Part shown: positions 1 through 10,282 of the stretch, one piece after another
How the letters are laid out: every line of letters starts with the position of its first letter
Numbering within the stretch: the first letter of the stretch is position 1
Assembly: GCA_022823505.1 (NCBI GenBank)
Contig: JAJEIA010000098.1
Coordinates: 7,506-71,505, forward strand
Length of the DNA stretch: 64,000 bases
DNA from: Dehalococcoidia bacterium
GTDB taxonomy: Bacteria; Chloroflexota; Dehalococcoidia; Lucifugimonadales; UBA3495
Reading direction: 5' to 3'
Made by a program: the position numbers and the translations under genes
Notes under the pieces: generated by a model
The model's input: only the letters and a program-made list of their open reading frames with translations
The model's database searches: none
Told to the model about the DNA's origin: nothing

Positions 1-243
1 CGGCATGAGCCGCATGTGCGCACCGGACAGGATGCTGATGCCGACCACGTCCACGTCCTCCTGCGCGGCCGCCGCAGCCACCTGGTCGGCCGTGACCCGC
101 ATCCCCAGGTAAACGACCTCCATGCCGGCGTCGCGCAAGGCGCGGGCGATGACCTTGACGCCGCGGTCGTGCCCGTCCAGGCCAAGCTTGGCGAGAAGGA
201 CGCGGGGTGGGTTATTCAGTCTGCTTCTAGCGGTAGAAACCAA
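1..243 (-). CDS. cobalamin-binding small subunit of a methylmalonyl-CoA mutase-family enzyme (HcmB/McmB-like), runs off the window edge
   Basis: Manual translation [35 protein letters not shown]...[11 protein letters not shown] contains the DxHxxG B12-binding motif. Start is TTG 243 or slightly downstream. Not in the ORF track. Confidence 0.92.
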   Translation of the reverse strand, partial: MVSTARSRLNNPPRVLLAKLGLDGHDRGVKVIARALRDAGMEVVYLGMRVTADQVAAAAAQEDVDVVGISILSGAHMRLMP

Positions 244-246
244 TTG

Positions 247-444
247 TTAACTGCCGTCCGACGACCCTCCGGCCTCGTTGCCAATCATGCGAAGGGTGAC
301 CCCGGTCGCTCCCACAACGACAAAACCGATCACTGCGGCCAACTGTGGGCCTGCATCTGTGCCTATGCTGATTATCACGCCGGCGATCAAAATTGCGGTC
401 ACGCCCAGGCACATCGTGCCGAGATCGTTGAATATCCTTCTCAT
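247..444 (-). CDS. small membrane protein (2 TM), hypothetical
   Basis: MRRIFNDLGTMCLGVTAILIAGVIISIG...; ATGA overlap with the upstream ORF stop at 441-444. Confidence 0.6.
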   Translation of the reverse strand: MRRIFNDLGTMCLGVTAILIAGVIISIGTDAGPQLAAVIGFVVVGATGVTLRMIGNEAGGSSDGS

Positions 445-653
445 TTGTAATGCAATTTGGCCGCGACGAAGGCGAAGAGGAATATCACGGACAATCCAGC
501 GCCCCCATACGCAAGGGGCAGCAGTTCGCCAACGATGTATCGGTCGGTGCTGAATGCGCCCAACCCCAGCCAATTCCCGGCTAACATCACCCAACTGAAC
601 CCGAAGAACGCCGTTAGAATCACAATCAAAATGGGGAATAACGGACTCTTCAT
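441..653 (-). CDS. small membrane protein (2 TM), hypothetical
   Basis: MKSPLFPILIVILTAFFGFSWVML...; GGAGGA RBS just upstream of ATG 653. Confidence 0.65.
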   Translation of the reverse strand: MKSPLFPILIVILTAFFGFSWVMLAGNWLGLGAFSTDRYIVGELLPLAYGGAGLSVIFLFAFVAAKLHYK

Positions 654-723
654 ACCGTCCTCCGCGTCCACGGCCAGAGCATCACGGTTGGTACCACTAT
701 ACCGCAATCGGTTTTGAATTCAT

Positions 724-2348
<1,625 letters not shown>

Positions 2349-2352
<4 letters not shown>

Positions 2353-2735
2353 AGCAGGTCCGCTTGGTTGCTAGGTGTTTCGGATATTTGGAGCAGGCGC
2401 TCTACGAAGGCTCGGCCCAGTGCCAGCCAATGAAACGCTTGCTCAGCAGTCAGCCGGTTAGTGTAGAAATGGTTATGCAGACGCACCTGGGCCTGGTGAA
2501 ACGAGAATTCCAAATCCGGCTCCCTGGTGTCAGCGGCGGCTAGTTCACGTATTAAACGGCGTTTTTCGGCGACGTTGCCATGACCCAAGCGGCGCGCGTG
2601 CCGGCAAGCTTCGGCCGCCAGGTTCGCCGCTCCCCAAACGGCTTCGGCAGCCAACTGGTGGATACCGTCGGCTTCTAGCCGGACCGAGGCCGCGATGTAA
2701 GTGCGGGCAAGGGCAACATGTTCGGACCGTTCCAT
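2349..2735 (-). CDS. PaREP1/HEPN-like helical protein
   Basis: QLAAEAVWGAA and LHNHFY resemble the PaREP1 motifs (ASEKxWGA; LHxNFY); overlaps both neighbours. Confidence 0.65.
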
Positions 2736-3271
2736 CAGGGAGAAGTCACTGCTGCGGAAAGTCCGGTAAGGTAATCAACCAAGCCCTTCGTTGCACGCCG
2801 CGCGACTTCAAAGTCGAAATCATCCCGAGTAGGGCATCTCAGGCCTGGCCCGTTAATCTGATCGTTCAAAGATTGAGCCACGCCGAATCTGACCAGATGC
2901 TTATAGTCGCCGCCATCTTCTTTGTCCAGGGCAACCACCAATGCGAACATGTCAGCGTCGGTTCCAACCGGTGTTCCTCGTTTGATGCTCACGGCGGTGA
3001 CGGCGGCTCGGACTGCTTCCCACAAACAGCGCGCGGCAGCCAGGTCGCGTTCCGCATCAAACTCCCGGTCCGCCGCCGCCAGCCAATTCCGCGCCGTTTG
3101 GACTAATTCCGGCAGCCGCTCATGCGCGATCGCTCCATCGGACAGGACCACTGGTGTCAGCACGATCCGCTCGTCCTCGATGGACACGTCGAAATAGCGC
3201 CCCTCGGGCAAAGCGGACGCCATCGTTTCATGGAGTGCGATCCAGTTGTCTTGCGTCAGACTGGCCAGCAT
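2735..3271 (-). CDS. AbrB/MazE-like N-terminal domain fused to a degenerate PaREP1/HEPN-like domain
   Basis: N-term MLASLTQDNWIAL...LPEGRYFDVSIEDERIVLTPV (swapped-hairpin pattern); C-term ARNWLAAADREF...LWEAV; GGAGG RBS. Confidence 0.6.
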   Translation of the reverse strand: MLASLTQDNWIALHETMASALPEGRYFDVSIEDERIVLTPVVLSDGAIAHERLPELVQTARNWLAAADREFDAERDLAAARCLWEAVRAAVTAVSIKRGTPVGTDADMFALVVALDKEDGGDYKHLVRFGVAQSLNDQINGPGLRCPTRDDFDFEVARRATKGLVDYLTGLSAAVTSP

Positions 3272-3403
3272 AACCTTGCCTCCCGCCTAAAGATAGCACA
3301 CCGACATTAACCACGACCGATGGTGGTATGCGGATATGTTCGTTGTCGTTGGAACTCGCGGATCACCATGGAGGTTGTCGGTATGTACGCCCATTGCCAT
3401 ACC

Positions 3404-3431
3404 TTGGAGGGCACTGATTGGAGGGCACTGA
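3404..3431. repeat. perfect 14-bp tandem duplication TTGGAGGGCACTGA x2
   Basis: read directly from the sequence. Confidence 0.9.
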
Positions 3432-3456
3432 ATTGATTTCATGCCGCAAAAATCCG

Positions 3457-3984
3457 CTATTTCATTTGGTCAAGCGCGTCGGTCGACGCCTTGTTGTTTT
3501 GAGCCGTTTGCGCCAACGCGTCCAATTCGGCCAATTGATCGCGGGTTACTGCCACGCCCATCGCGCCGTAGTCAGTGAGGTCGCGCGCGATTGCATCCAC
3601 CGCCGCGACGTCGGTGATCTTCACCCTGAGTTCAAAGTTCCCCGACAGCCCGGCGTTGGTCAAGTTCGCCGAAGTCACAATCGCCGTATGCCCATCGGCA
3701 ACATAAGCCTTCGCGTGCAGGTGTAAAAGGTGGCGGATCGACGTTCCAGGGACCTGTTCGCAAAACCACAGCAATGCTCCGCAGTCAACCAGTGCCTCTT
3801 CGAGACTGCGGCTCGCCAGGCTCGTCAGAAGGTCAACCTTCACGGATCGCCGCGCTCGCAGTTTGCCGACCAGCCGCTTCAGTGGGCGGCGACGGATGAA
3901 CGGCGCTGCAACGATCGCGGATTCCCGTATGGAACCGGCGAATCCATCGAAAGAATTGATCCAGGGTGATCTTATCGATAGCAT
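3457..3984 (-). CDS. phospholipase D-superfamily nuclease-type domain (single HKD), possibly truncated
   Basis: APF, HAKAYVAD (HxKxxxxD), TSANLT..GL..NxE motifs; likely start ATG 3984 (ORF open to 4023). Confidence 0.8.
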   Translation of the reverse strand: MLSIRSPWINSFDGFAGSIRESAIVAAPFIRRRPLKRLVGKLRARRSVKVDLLTSLASRSLEEALVDCGALLWFCEQVPGTSIRHLLHLHAKAYVADGHTAIVTSANLTNAGLSGNFELRVKITDVAAVDAIARDLTDYGAMGVAVTRDQLAELDALAQTAQNNKASTDALDQMK

Positions 3985-4267
3985 TCGGGTTGTGGCCCTG
4001 GGCATCGCTCGGATAAACGGCAAGCTAGAGCTAATGTCGATGCAATGTCAAGCTTGCCTGACATGAGCCCCCGCAGCCGGTTGAGCCCAGTCGCCGGCTC
4101 GGCAGTCGCTCGGTGTACCTGCGTGGACGTATCACCAGTCTCGAAACCTCGCACAGCCGTAATGGTCGAGTTCAGAGATCGCGTGCGGACGGGGCTACGG
4201 GGTGATATGCCCAATGATAGAATGATCTTGTAATGACCGTTCACGTCCACCCCCTGGAGAGAAGGCA

Positions 4268-5191
4268 ATGAACCACGTCAAGACGTTCTTCCTCCTTATG
4301 GTTCTCACCGGGCTTCTGCTGCTCATCGGCGCCGCCGTGGGCGGTCAGGCTGGCCTGATCATCGCGCTGGTGTTCGCGCTGGCGATGAACTTTGGCGCCT
4401 ATTGGTTCAGCGACAAGATCGCGCTGAGCATGGCCCACGCCCGCCCGGTCACCGCTGACGAGGATCCCCAACTGTACCAACTGGTGGCCGAGCAGGCGCG
4501 GCTGGCCAACATGCCGATGCCCAAGGTGTACGAGATCGACGATCCATCTCCCAACGCCTTCGCCACCGGCCGCAATCCGCAGAACGCCACCGTCGCCGTG
4601 ACCACCGGTATCCGACAAATCCTGACGCGGGAGGAACTGGCCGGCGTAATGGCCCACGAGATGGCGCACGTGGGCAACCGCGACACCCTGATCATGACCA
4701 TCGTCGCCACCATTGCGGGCGCGATCACGATGCTGGCGTTCATGGCGCAGTTCGCGGCGATCTTCAGCAGTTTCGGCGGCCACAGCGACGACGACGAGGG
4801 CGGGGGAGGCAACTTCATCACGCTCCTCATCATTGCCATCATCATGCCCATCGCCGCCACGATCATCCGCATGGCCATCTCCCGCGCCCGGGAGTTCCAG
4901 GCCGACCAGACCGGCGCGCAAAATTGCGGCAACCCCGAGGCCCTGGCCCGCGCCCTGGAGAAGCTCGAAATGGGCAGCGAGATCCGTCCCATGAAGGTCA
5001 ACGAGGCAGCCTCCCACCTGTTCATCGTCAATCCGCTGAGCGGCCGCTCCATGGCGCGCCTCTTCTCCACGCATCCGCCCATCGAGGAGCGGGTACGGAG
5101 ACTGCGCGAAATGAACGTCCGCCCCAACTTTGGGTCGATTGATCGTCCCGACTACGACCTGCCGGACGGCAGCGACCGGCCGAACTTCTGA
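4268..5191 (+). CDS. htpX: zinc metalloprotease HtpX (M48)
   Basis: PNAFATGRNP, HEMAH, ISRAREFQAD, LFSTHPP. Confidence 0.95.
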   Translation: MNHVKTFFLLMVLTGLLLLIGAAVGGQAGLIIALVFALAMNFGAYWFSDKIALSMAHARPVTADEDPQLYQLVAEQARLANMPMPKVYEIDDPSPNAFATGRNPQNATVAVTTGIRQILTREELAGVMAHEMAHVGNRDTLIMTIVATIAGAITMLAFMAQFAAIFSSFGGHSDDDEGGGGNFITLLIIAIIMPIAATIIRMAISRAREFQADQTGAQNCGNPEALARALEKLEMGSEIRPMKVNEAASHLFIVNPLSGRSMARLFSTHPPIEERVRRLREMNVRPNFGSIDRPDYDLPDGSDRPNF

Positions 5192-5243
5192 AGACAGGCG
5201 ACGGCGTGACGCGTTGTCTTCGGCAGGGGGTGTAACCCCCACT

Positions 5244-5367
5244 CGTACCCACTTCACGAGAATTGTAATTGCGAGCGAGGCGCGGCAATCTCGTCAGGGC
5301 AACGGGCGCTTTCGCCGGTGCGAGATCGCCACGTCGCTTCCCACCTCGCGATGACCAAACGGGTGCC
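5244..5367. repeat. palindromic MITE/REP-like element, family A copy 1
   Basis: GTAATTGCGAGCGAGGCGCGGCAATCTCG...CGAGATCGCCACGTCGCT...CTCGCGATGAC; related copy in reverse orientation at 39183-39313. Confidence 0.8.
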
Positions 5368-5504
5368 TGTGGCGGGTTCATTCAGACTGAAACGGCACTG
5401 CCGGAGCGGTAACACGCGCCGGCTGTGCTATGATGCGGCCGGCGGCGCATTTCCGCTGCCCTGGCATCCCACGTTACGCTTTTTGCGCAGTTGAGGAGGT
5501 AATC

Positions 5505-6491
5505 ATGGCCGGAAATTACACCATCAGCGTCGGCACCGTGGGCGGCGGCCTCTCCGTCAGCCCCGACGGCGGCGAGTCCTGGAACCGCATACGCGACCCC
5601 CTGCCCAGCGAGTGCAACGTCCGCGCGCTGGCTACCGACCCCGGCAATCGGAGCCGCATCTACGCCGGCACCGACGGCGGCCTGTTCCGATCCGACGACA
5701 ACGGCTTCACCTGGAGCTACCTCGAGTCCCCCATGGACGACCTGCAGATCTGGTCTGTGGGCGTCGACCCGGACGACTCCGACACGGTGTTCGTGGGCAC
5801 TCGGCCCAACGCATTCCGCTCCCGTGACGGTGGCAAGAGCTGGGAGTCCCTGGACTTGGGCGTCCGGATGCCCTGCCCCATCGGCATCCCGCGTACCACC
5901 AACATCATCGTTGACCCGCGGGACACTCGCACCGTGTGGGCCGGCATCGAAGTCGACGGCGTCTACCGCAGCCTGGACGGCGGCGACAACTGGACGCGCC
6001 TGCCCGATCTGGGTCCCGATCCCTTCCACGGCGACATCCACGGCATGGCCCTGAAGCCCGGCCCCGACTCCGCCGTCTATTGCACCACGCCTTTCGGCAT
6101 CTCCACCAGCAATGACGAGGGCGAGAGCTGGGAGCTGCACGAGTTCCCCCGCTTCCATGCGGAGGACGTGCGTTCCTACTGCCGGGGCATGGTCATCAAG
6201 CCAGACAACCCCAGCGTCATGTTCGTAGGCAACGGCGACTCCATCCCTGGAATCACCGGAACCATCCGGCGCACCCGCGACGCCGGCGCGTCCTGGGACG
6301 CTCCGCAGTTGTCGGCCACTCCTAACTCCGTGGTGTACTGGTTCGCCGCGAGCCCTCACGTCGACGACGTAATGGTGGCCGCCAGCATCTACGGCTACGT
6401 GTACGTGAGCACTGACGGCGGCGACACGTGGGACAAGATCCAGAAGGAGTTTGGCGAAATCCGCTCACTGGCGCTGACACCCAACGAGTAG
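5505..6491 (+). CDS. BNR/Asp-box repeat beta-propeller protein (sialidase/Ycf48-like)
   Basis: seven SxDxGxxW-type Asp-boxes; GAGGAGG RBS before ATG 5505. Confidence 0.85.
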   Translation: MAGNYTISVGTVGGGLSVSPDGGESWNRIRDPLPSECNVRALATDPGNRSRIYAGTDGGLFRSDDNGFTWSYLESPMDDLQIWSVGVDPDDSDTVFVGTRPNAFRSRDGGKSWESLDLGVRMPCPIGIPRTTNIIVDPRDTRTVWAGIEVDGVYRSLDGGDNWTRLPDLGPDPFHGDIHGMALKPGPDSAVYCTTPFGISTSNDEGESWELHEFPRFHAEDVRSYCRGMVIKPDNPSVMFVGNGDSIPGITGTIRRTRDAGASWDAPQLSATPNSVVYWFAASPHVDDVMVAASIYGYVYVSTDGGDTWDKIQKEFGEIRSLALTPNE

Positions 6492-6513
6492 ACGCCTCAA
6501 ACCGCCCGTCTCA

Positions 6514-6545
6514 CGGGGCCTCTCTCCTGATGGAGAGGGGCCCCG
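6514..6545 (+). terminator. GC-rich hairpin after the BNR gene
   Basis: CGGGGCCTCTCTCC-TGAT-GGAGAGGGGCCCCG; no U-tract. Confidence 0.5.
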
Positions 6546-6594
6546 CTGATGCTACAATGCCGGCGAGGGGTTGCTGCCCGAAGGCTGGTGCAAT

Positions 6595-7146
6595 GTGACG
6601 ACCACAAAATTAATCACCGCCGGACAACTGCTGCTCATGCCCGATGACGGATACCGGTACGAGTTGGTGCGCGGGGAGTTGACCGAAAAGATGCCACCGC
6701 CGGGAGATGGGCATGGCGACGTGTCCGCAAGGTTCGCTGTCGCGTTGGGCCGATATTGCGAAGACAACGATTACGGCGAGATACGAGACAATGCGGGCTT
6801 CCAACTTGAAACCGACCCAGACACGGTGCGAGCTCCCGACGTAGCTTGGATAGCGCCTGGCCGTATCGAGGGCTTTTCGTCCGGCTACCGCCCGTTGGTT
6901 CCCGACCTGGCCGTGGAGATCAAGTCGCCCAGCGACACACCGCGCATGGTTGTGGACCGCGCCCGGATGTGGCTCGACTTCGGCAGCCAGGAAGTCTGGT
7001 ACGGTGATCCTGAAACCACGACGATTACCCGATACCGCCAGGGCCAACCACCTGAAATCCTCACTGAGGGCGACGAACTGAACGGCGGCGAGCTGTTGCC
7101 GGGATTCACCACCCCGGTGTGGCGGCTTTTTCGCCGGCGCCGATAA
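6595..7146 (+). CDS. Uma2 (DUF820) family putative endonuclease
   Basis: YELVRGEL, VRAPDVAW, PDLAVEIKSPSD, GELLPGF. Confidence 0.92.
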   Translation: MTTTKLITAGQLLLMPDDGYRYELVRGELTEKMPPPGDGHGDVSARFAVALGRYCEDNDYGEIRDNAGFQLETDPDTVRAPDVAWIAPGRIEGFSSGYRPLVPDLAVEIKSPSDTPRMVVDRARMWLDFGSQEVWYGDPETTTITRYRQGQPPEILTEGDELNGGELLPGFTTPVWRLFRRRR

Positions 7147-7191
7147 GCGTGCCGTCGCCACCAGCGTTCCAGCGACACATACGGAGCAAGC

Positions 7192-8061
7192 ATGCCCACT
7201 TTCGATTCCGACGGCGTTCGCATCTTCTACCAGTCAACCGGCGAGGGATTCCCGCTCATCTGGAGCCACGAGTTTGCCGGTTCCTATGAGAGCTGGGAAC
7301 AGCAGGTGCGTTATTTCAGCCACCGCTACCGCGTGATCACCTACAACGACCGGGGGTATCCACCGTCGGACGTGCCCAACGACCCCGAGGCCTATTCTCA
7401 GGACATCACCATCGAAGACCTGCGCCGCCTGATGGACCACCTGGGGCTCGAACAGGCATACGTCGGCGGGCTATCCATGGGCGGGAACGTGGCGTTGAAT
7501 TTCGCGCTGCGCTATCCGGAGCGTTGCAAGGCGATCATCGTGGCGTCGGCGGGCTCGGGCACCACGCACAACGAGGCGTTCCGCTCCGGCGGGGAGGCGA
7601 TGGCCGCACGGCTGCTCGCTGAAGGCACGGCCCCCGTGATGAAGGACTACGGCAGTGGTCCCACCAGGGTGCAGCTCCAACGCAAGGACCCGCGGGGATA
7701 CGAGGAATTCATGCGGCTGCTCTTTGGGCACCACGCCCGGGGCTCCGCCTACACCTTCCGCGGTGTCCAGCTGCGCCGCCCGACCGTCGACCAGTTGATA
7801 CCGCAGATGAACTTATGCCAGGTGCCGACCCTGATCATGATCGGCGACGAGGACGACCCGTGCGTCGAGCCGTCCATCATGATGAAGCGTCACATCCCCC
7901 GCAGCGGGCTGGCGGTGCTTCCGCAGTGCGGCCACGCCATCAACCTGGAGGAACCGGAACTTTTCAACCGCCTGGTGTCCGATTTCCTGGCCTCAGTGGA
8001 GGCCGGCAAGTGGGCGGAACATCCGCTGGGTGACACGCCCTACACCACAGGTTCGCGGTAA
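7192..8061 (+). CDS. alpha/beta hydrolase
   Basis: GLSMG nucleophile elbow, GDEDD, GHAINLEEP. Confidence 0.9.
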   Translation: MPTFDSDGVRIFYQSTGEGFPLIWSHEFAGSYESWEQQVRYFSHRYRVITYNDRGYPPSDVPNDPEAYSQDITIEDLRRLMDHLGLEQAYVGGLSMGGNVALNFALRYPERCKAIIVASAGSGTTHNEAFRSGGEAMAARLLAEGTAPVMKDYGSGPTRVQLQRKDPRGYEEFMRLLFGHHARGSAYTFRGVQLRRPTVDQLIPQMNLCQVPTLIMIGDEDDPCVEPSIMMKRHIPRSGLAVLPQCGHAINLEEPELFNRLVSDFLASVEAGKWAEHPLGDTPYTTGSR

Positions 8062-8135
8062 ACGGTCCTTCAGAGCAGCAGCGCCATCCGCGCCTGGATC
8101 AAATCCTGCCGAGTAGCGCTCGCCGGTGATAGGGC

Positions 8136-8966
8136 TTAGAACTCCACGGGACGCAGGTAGCTCATGTCCTGCCGTCGCTCCAGGTAGCCGGCCCGGGTCT
8201 CATGACCATGGCAGAACACCAGGAGGTGTCCCTGACGCTCGGCCTCGGCCAGGATAATGCGCTTCTGTTCCAGCGTGGTCTCGGGCTCGTAGTCGAAGGA
8301 CGAGATTATGGTCAGGCCCAGGTGATGGGGCGTCGGGACCAGGTCTCCGAGGTATACGACGCGCTCGCCGCCGTAGGTGAACACCGCAATCTGGTGGCCC
8401 AGACAATGGCCGTCGGTGACGACCAGGCTCAGGCCGGGGAACAACTCGGTATCTCCGTCCAGCAGTTCCAGTTGCCCGCGGTCGGCGATGGGGGCAAAGT
8501 CCTCGACCCGGAACGCCTCGGTGTTGCGCAAGGATGGGTTGTGGGCGTCATCCCAGCTGGCGCGCTGGACATAATAGGTCGCCCGTGGAAAGGACGGCAC
8601 CATGTCGCCGAGCCGGTCCATCCGGGTTGACCCGCCGGCGTGACTGAAGTGCAGGTGGGAGAGCACGACCGCGTCGATGTCCCGGGGGCCCAGGCCGAGC
8701 CCTTTAAGGCTGCGCATCAGCCGGCTGGGCACGAGTCCGTACATCTCCTTGTCGCGAAAGTTATCCTTGGGGCCGACCCCGGTGTCCACGATGATCTTCT
8801 TCCCGGCGCACTCGATCAACAGGCAATTCAGGCCCATCGTCACCCGGTTTTTGCGGTCCGTCGAAACCAGGTTTTCCCACATCATTTTCGGAATTGATCC
8901 GAAACTCGATCCGCCGTCGACCTTGAAAACCCCGTCGCTGATAATCTTGGCAGCGCTTACCGTCAT
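8136..8966 (-). CDS. metallo-beta-lactamase-fold hydrolase (YtnP-like)
   Basis: DGG.FG.IPK, VDTG, HLHFSH, GH..GH, LGDL. Confidence 0.88.
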   Translation of the reverse strand: MTVSAAKIISDGVFKVDGGSSFGSIPKMMWENLVSTDRKNRVTMGLNCLLIECAGKKIIVDTGVGPKDNFRDKEMYGLVPSRLMRSLKGLGLGPRDIDAVVLSHLHFSHAGGSTRMDRLGDMVPSFPRATYYVQRASWDDAHNPSLRNTEAFRVEDFAPIADRGQLELLDGDTELFPGLSLVVTDGHCLGHQIAVFTYGGERVVYLGDLVPTPHHLGLTIISSFDYEPETTLEQKRIILAEAERQGHLLVFCHGHETRAGYLERRQDMSYLRPVEF

Positions 8967-9370
8967 CTCTCAAAAGCTCCTGAACAAATGCATTTTTGTT
9001 ATTCCCGCCCGCGCCCCATCACCGCGTCCACCCGGTTGTTTATTTCCGCACTGATAGTGGGTTAGGCTATCGTTTGGCCTTATGCGGCCATTCCACAAGT
9101 CAATCCGACTGTGTCTACCGTCGGTGCCATGCGAATTACTTTACAACCCCCGAAAGCGTTGGTGTCAACCCAAAAAAGCGAATAATTTTGATTGATTTTC
9201 GAAATTGTACCAACCTGGGCCGGGGCCTTCCGGCGGTGGCGCCCGCCCGGCCCGCGATGTTATGTTTGCCCGGCACAACCGGACCCGTTCCGCACCTCGT
9301 TCCGGGCAGCGATATCAATTGGCGGCCTAATTCGGCTACCCGGCAAACCCCCAGGCGCCGGTAATTTTCC

Positions 9371-10282
9371 GTGAACGAACCGACCCCTATCCGACACCCA
9401 GGGTCACCGACCCTGCGCCGCCGGGTGTTCAATCTGTTGGATCCCCGGATCGGTCAACGGCCATGGGGAACCGGCTTGCGGCAACGAAGAGGCTCGTTCC
9501 TGGTGGAAATCGCGTTGGTGTCAGTGGTTGCCATCAACTCGATCTCCCTGATCCTGTGGACGGTTCCGCGTTTCCGTGCCAGCCACGACTTCTGGTTTCA
9601 CCTCGTCGAGGACATCACCGTGGCGGTGTTTCTGGTGGAATACGCTTTGAGACTGTGGACCGCGCCGGAAGCGGACCCGGGCGGGTCGCCCTGGCGGCAG
9701 CGCTGGCGGTACGTCGTTTCGCCGGTCGCCCTGATCGACGCCGCCGCCCTGGCGCCGTCGGCGGTGGCCGCCGTGTGGCTGCTGGTGACCGGTGGCGGGC
9801 CCAACCTTTCCTTCCTGCTGGCCGTCCGCCTCCTGACTCGCACCATGAAGCTGGCCAGGTACTTCCCCGGCGGGCGGCGGTTGGCCGTCGTGTTACGCCA
9901 GAAGGGAAGCCAACTGCTGGCCACGCTGGCCGGCTTGCTGGTGCTGTTGGTGGTCGCGGCCGCGCTGATGTACTTCGCCGAAAAAGGCGCACAATCGGAG
10001 GTTTTCTCCAGCATACCGGCGGCAATGTGGTGGGCCGTAGTAACGCTCACCACGGTGGGATATGGCGATCTGGTGCCGGTAACCCTTGCGGGACGTATGC
10101 TGGCCGCGGTCATCGCGCTGCTGGGGATAGGGCTTTTCGCGTTGCCGGCCGGCATCATCAGCGCGGGAATGCTGGAAGCTCAGGTGGGCGACGCTGCCAA
10201 TGACAGCAGCCTGGCGCGTTCAGCCGGAGGCGAGATTTGCCCCCACTGCGGCCAACCGATGCCGGAACCTCGCTCAGACTAG
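9371..10282 (+). CDS. potassium channel / ion transport protein (6 TM)
   Basis: WWAVVTLTTVGYGD selectivity filter; C-terminal CPHCG. Confidence 0.92.
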   Translation: MNEPTPIRHPGSPTLRRRVFNLLDPRIGQRPWGTGLRQRRGSFLVEIALVSVVAINSISLILWTVPRFRASHDFWFHLVEDITVAVFLVEYALRLWTAPEADPGGSPWRQRWRYVVSPVALIDAAALAPSAVAAVWLLVTGGGPNLSFLLAVRLLTRTMKLARYFPGGRRLAVVLRQKGSQLLATLAGLLVLLVVAAALMYFAEKGAQSEVFSSIPAAMWWAVVTLTTVGYGDLVPVTLAGRMLAAVIALLGIGLFALPAGIISAGMLEAQVGDAANDSSLARSAGGEICPHCGQPMPEPRSD

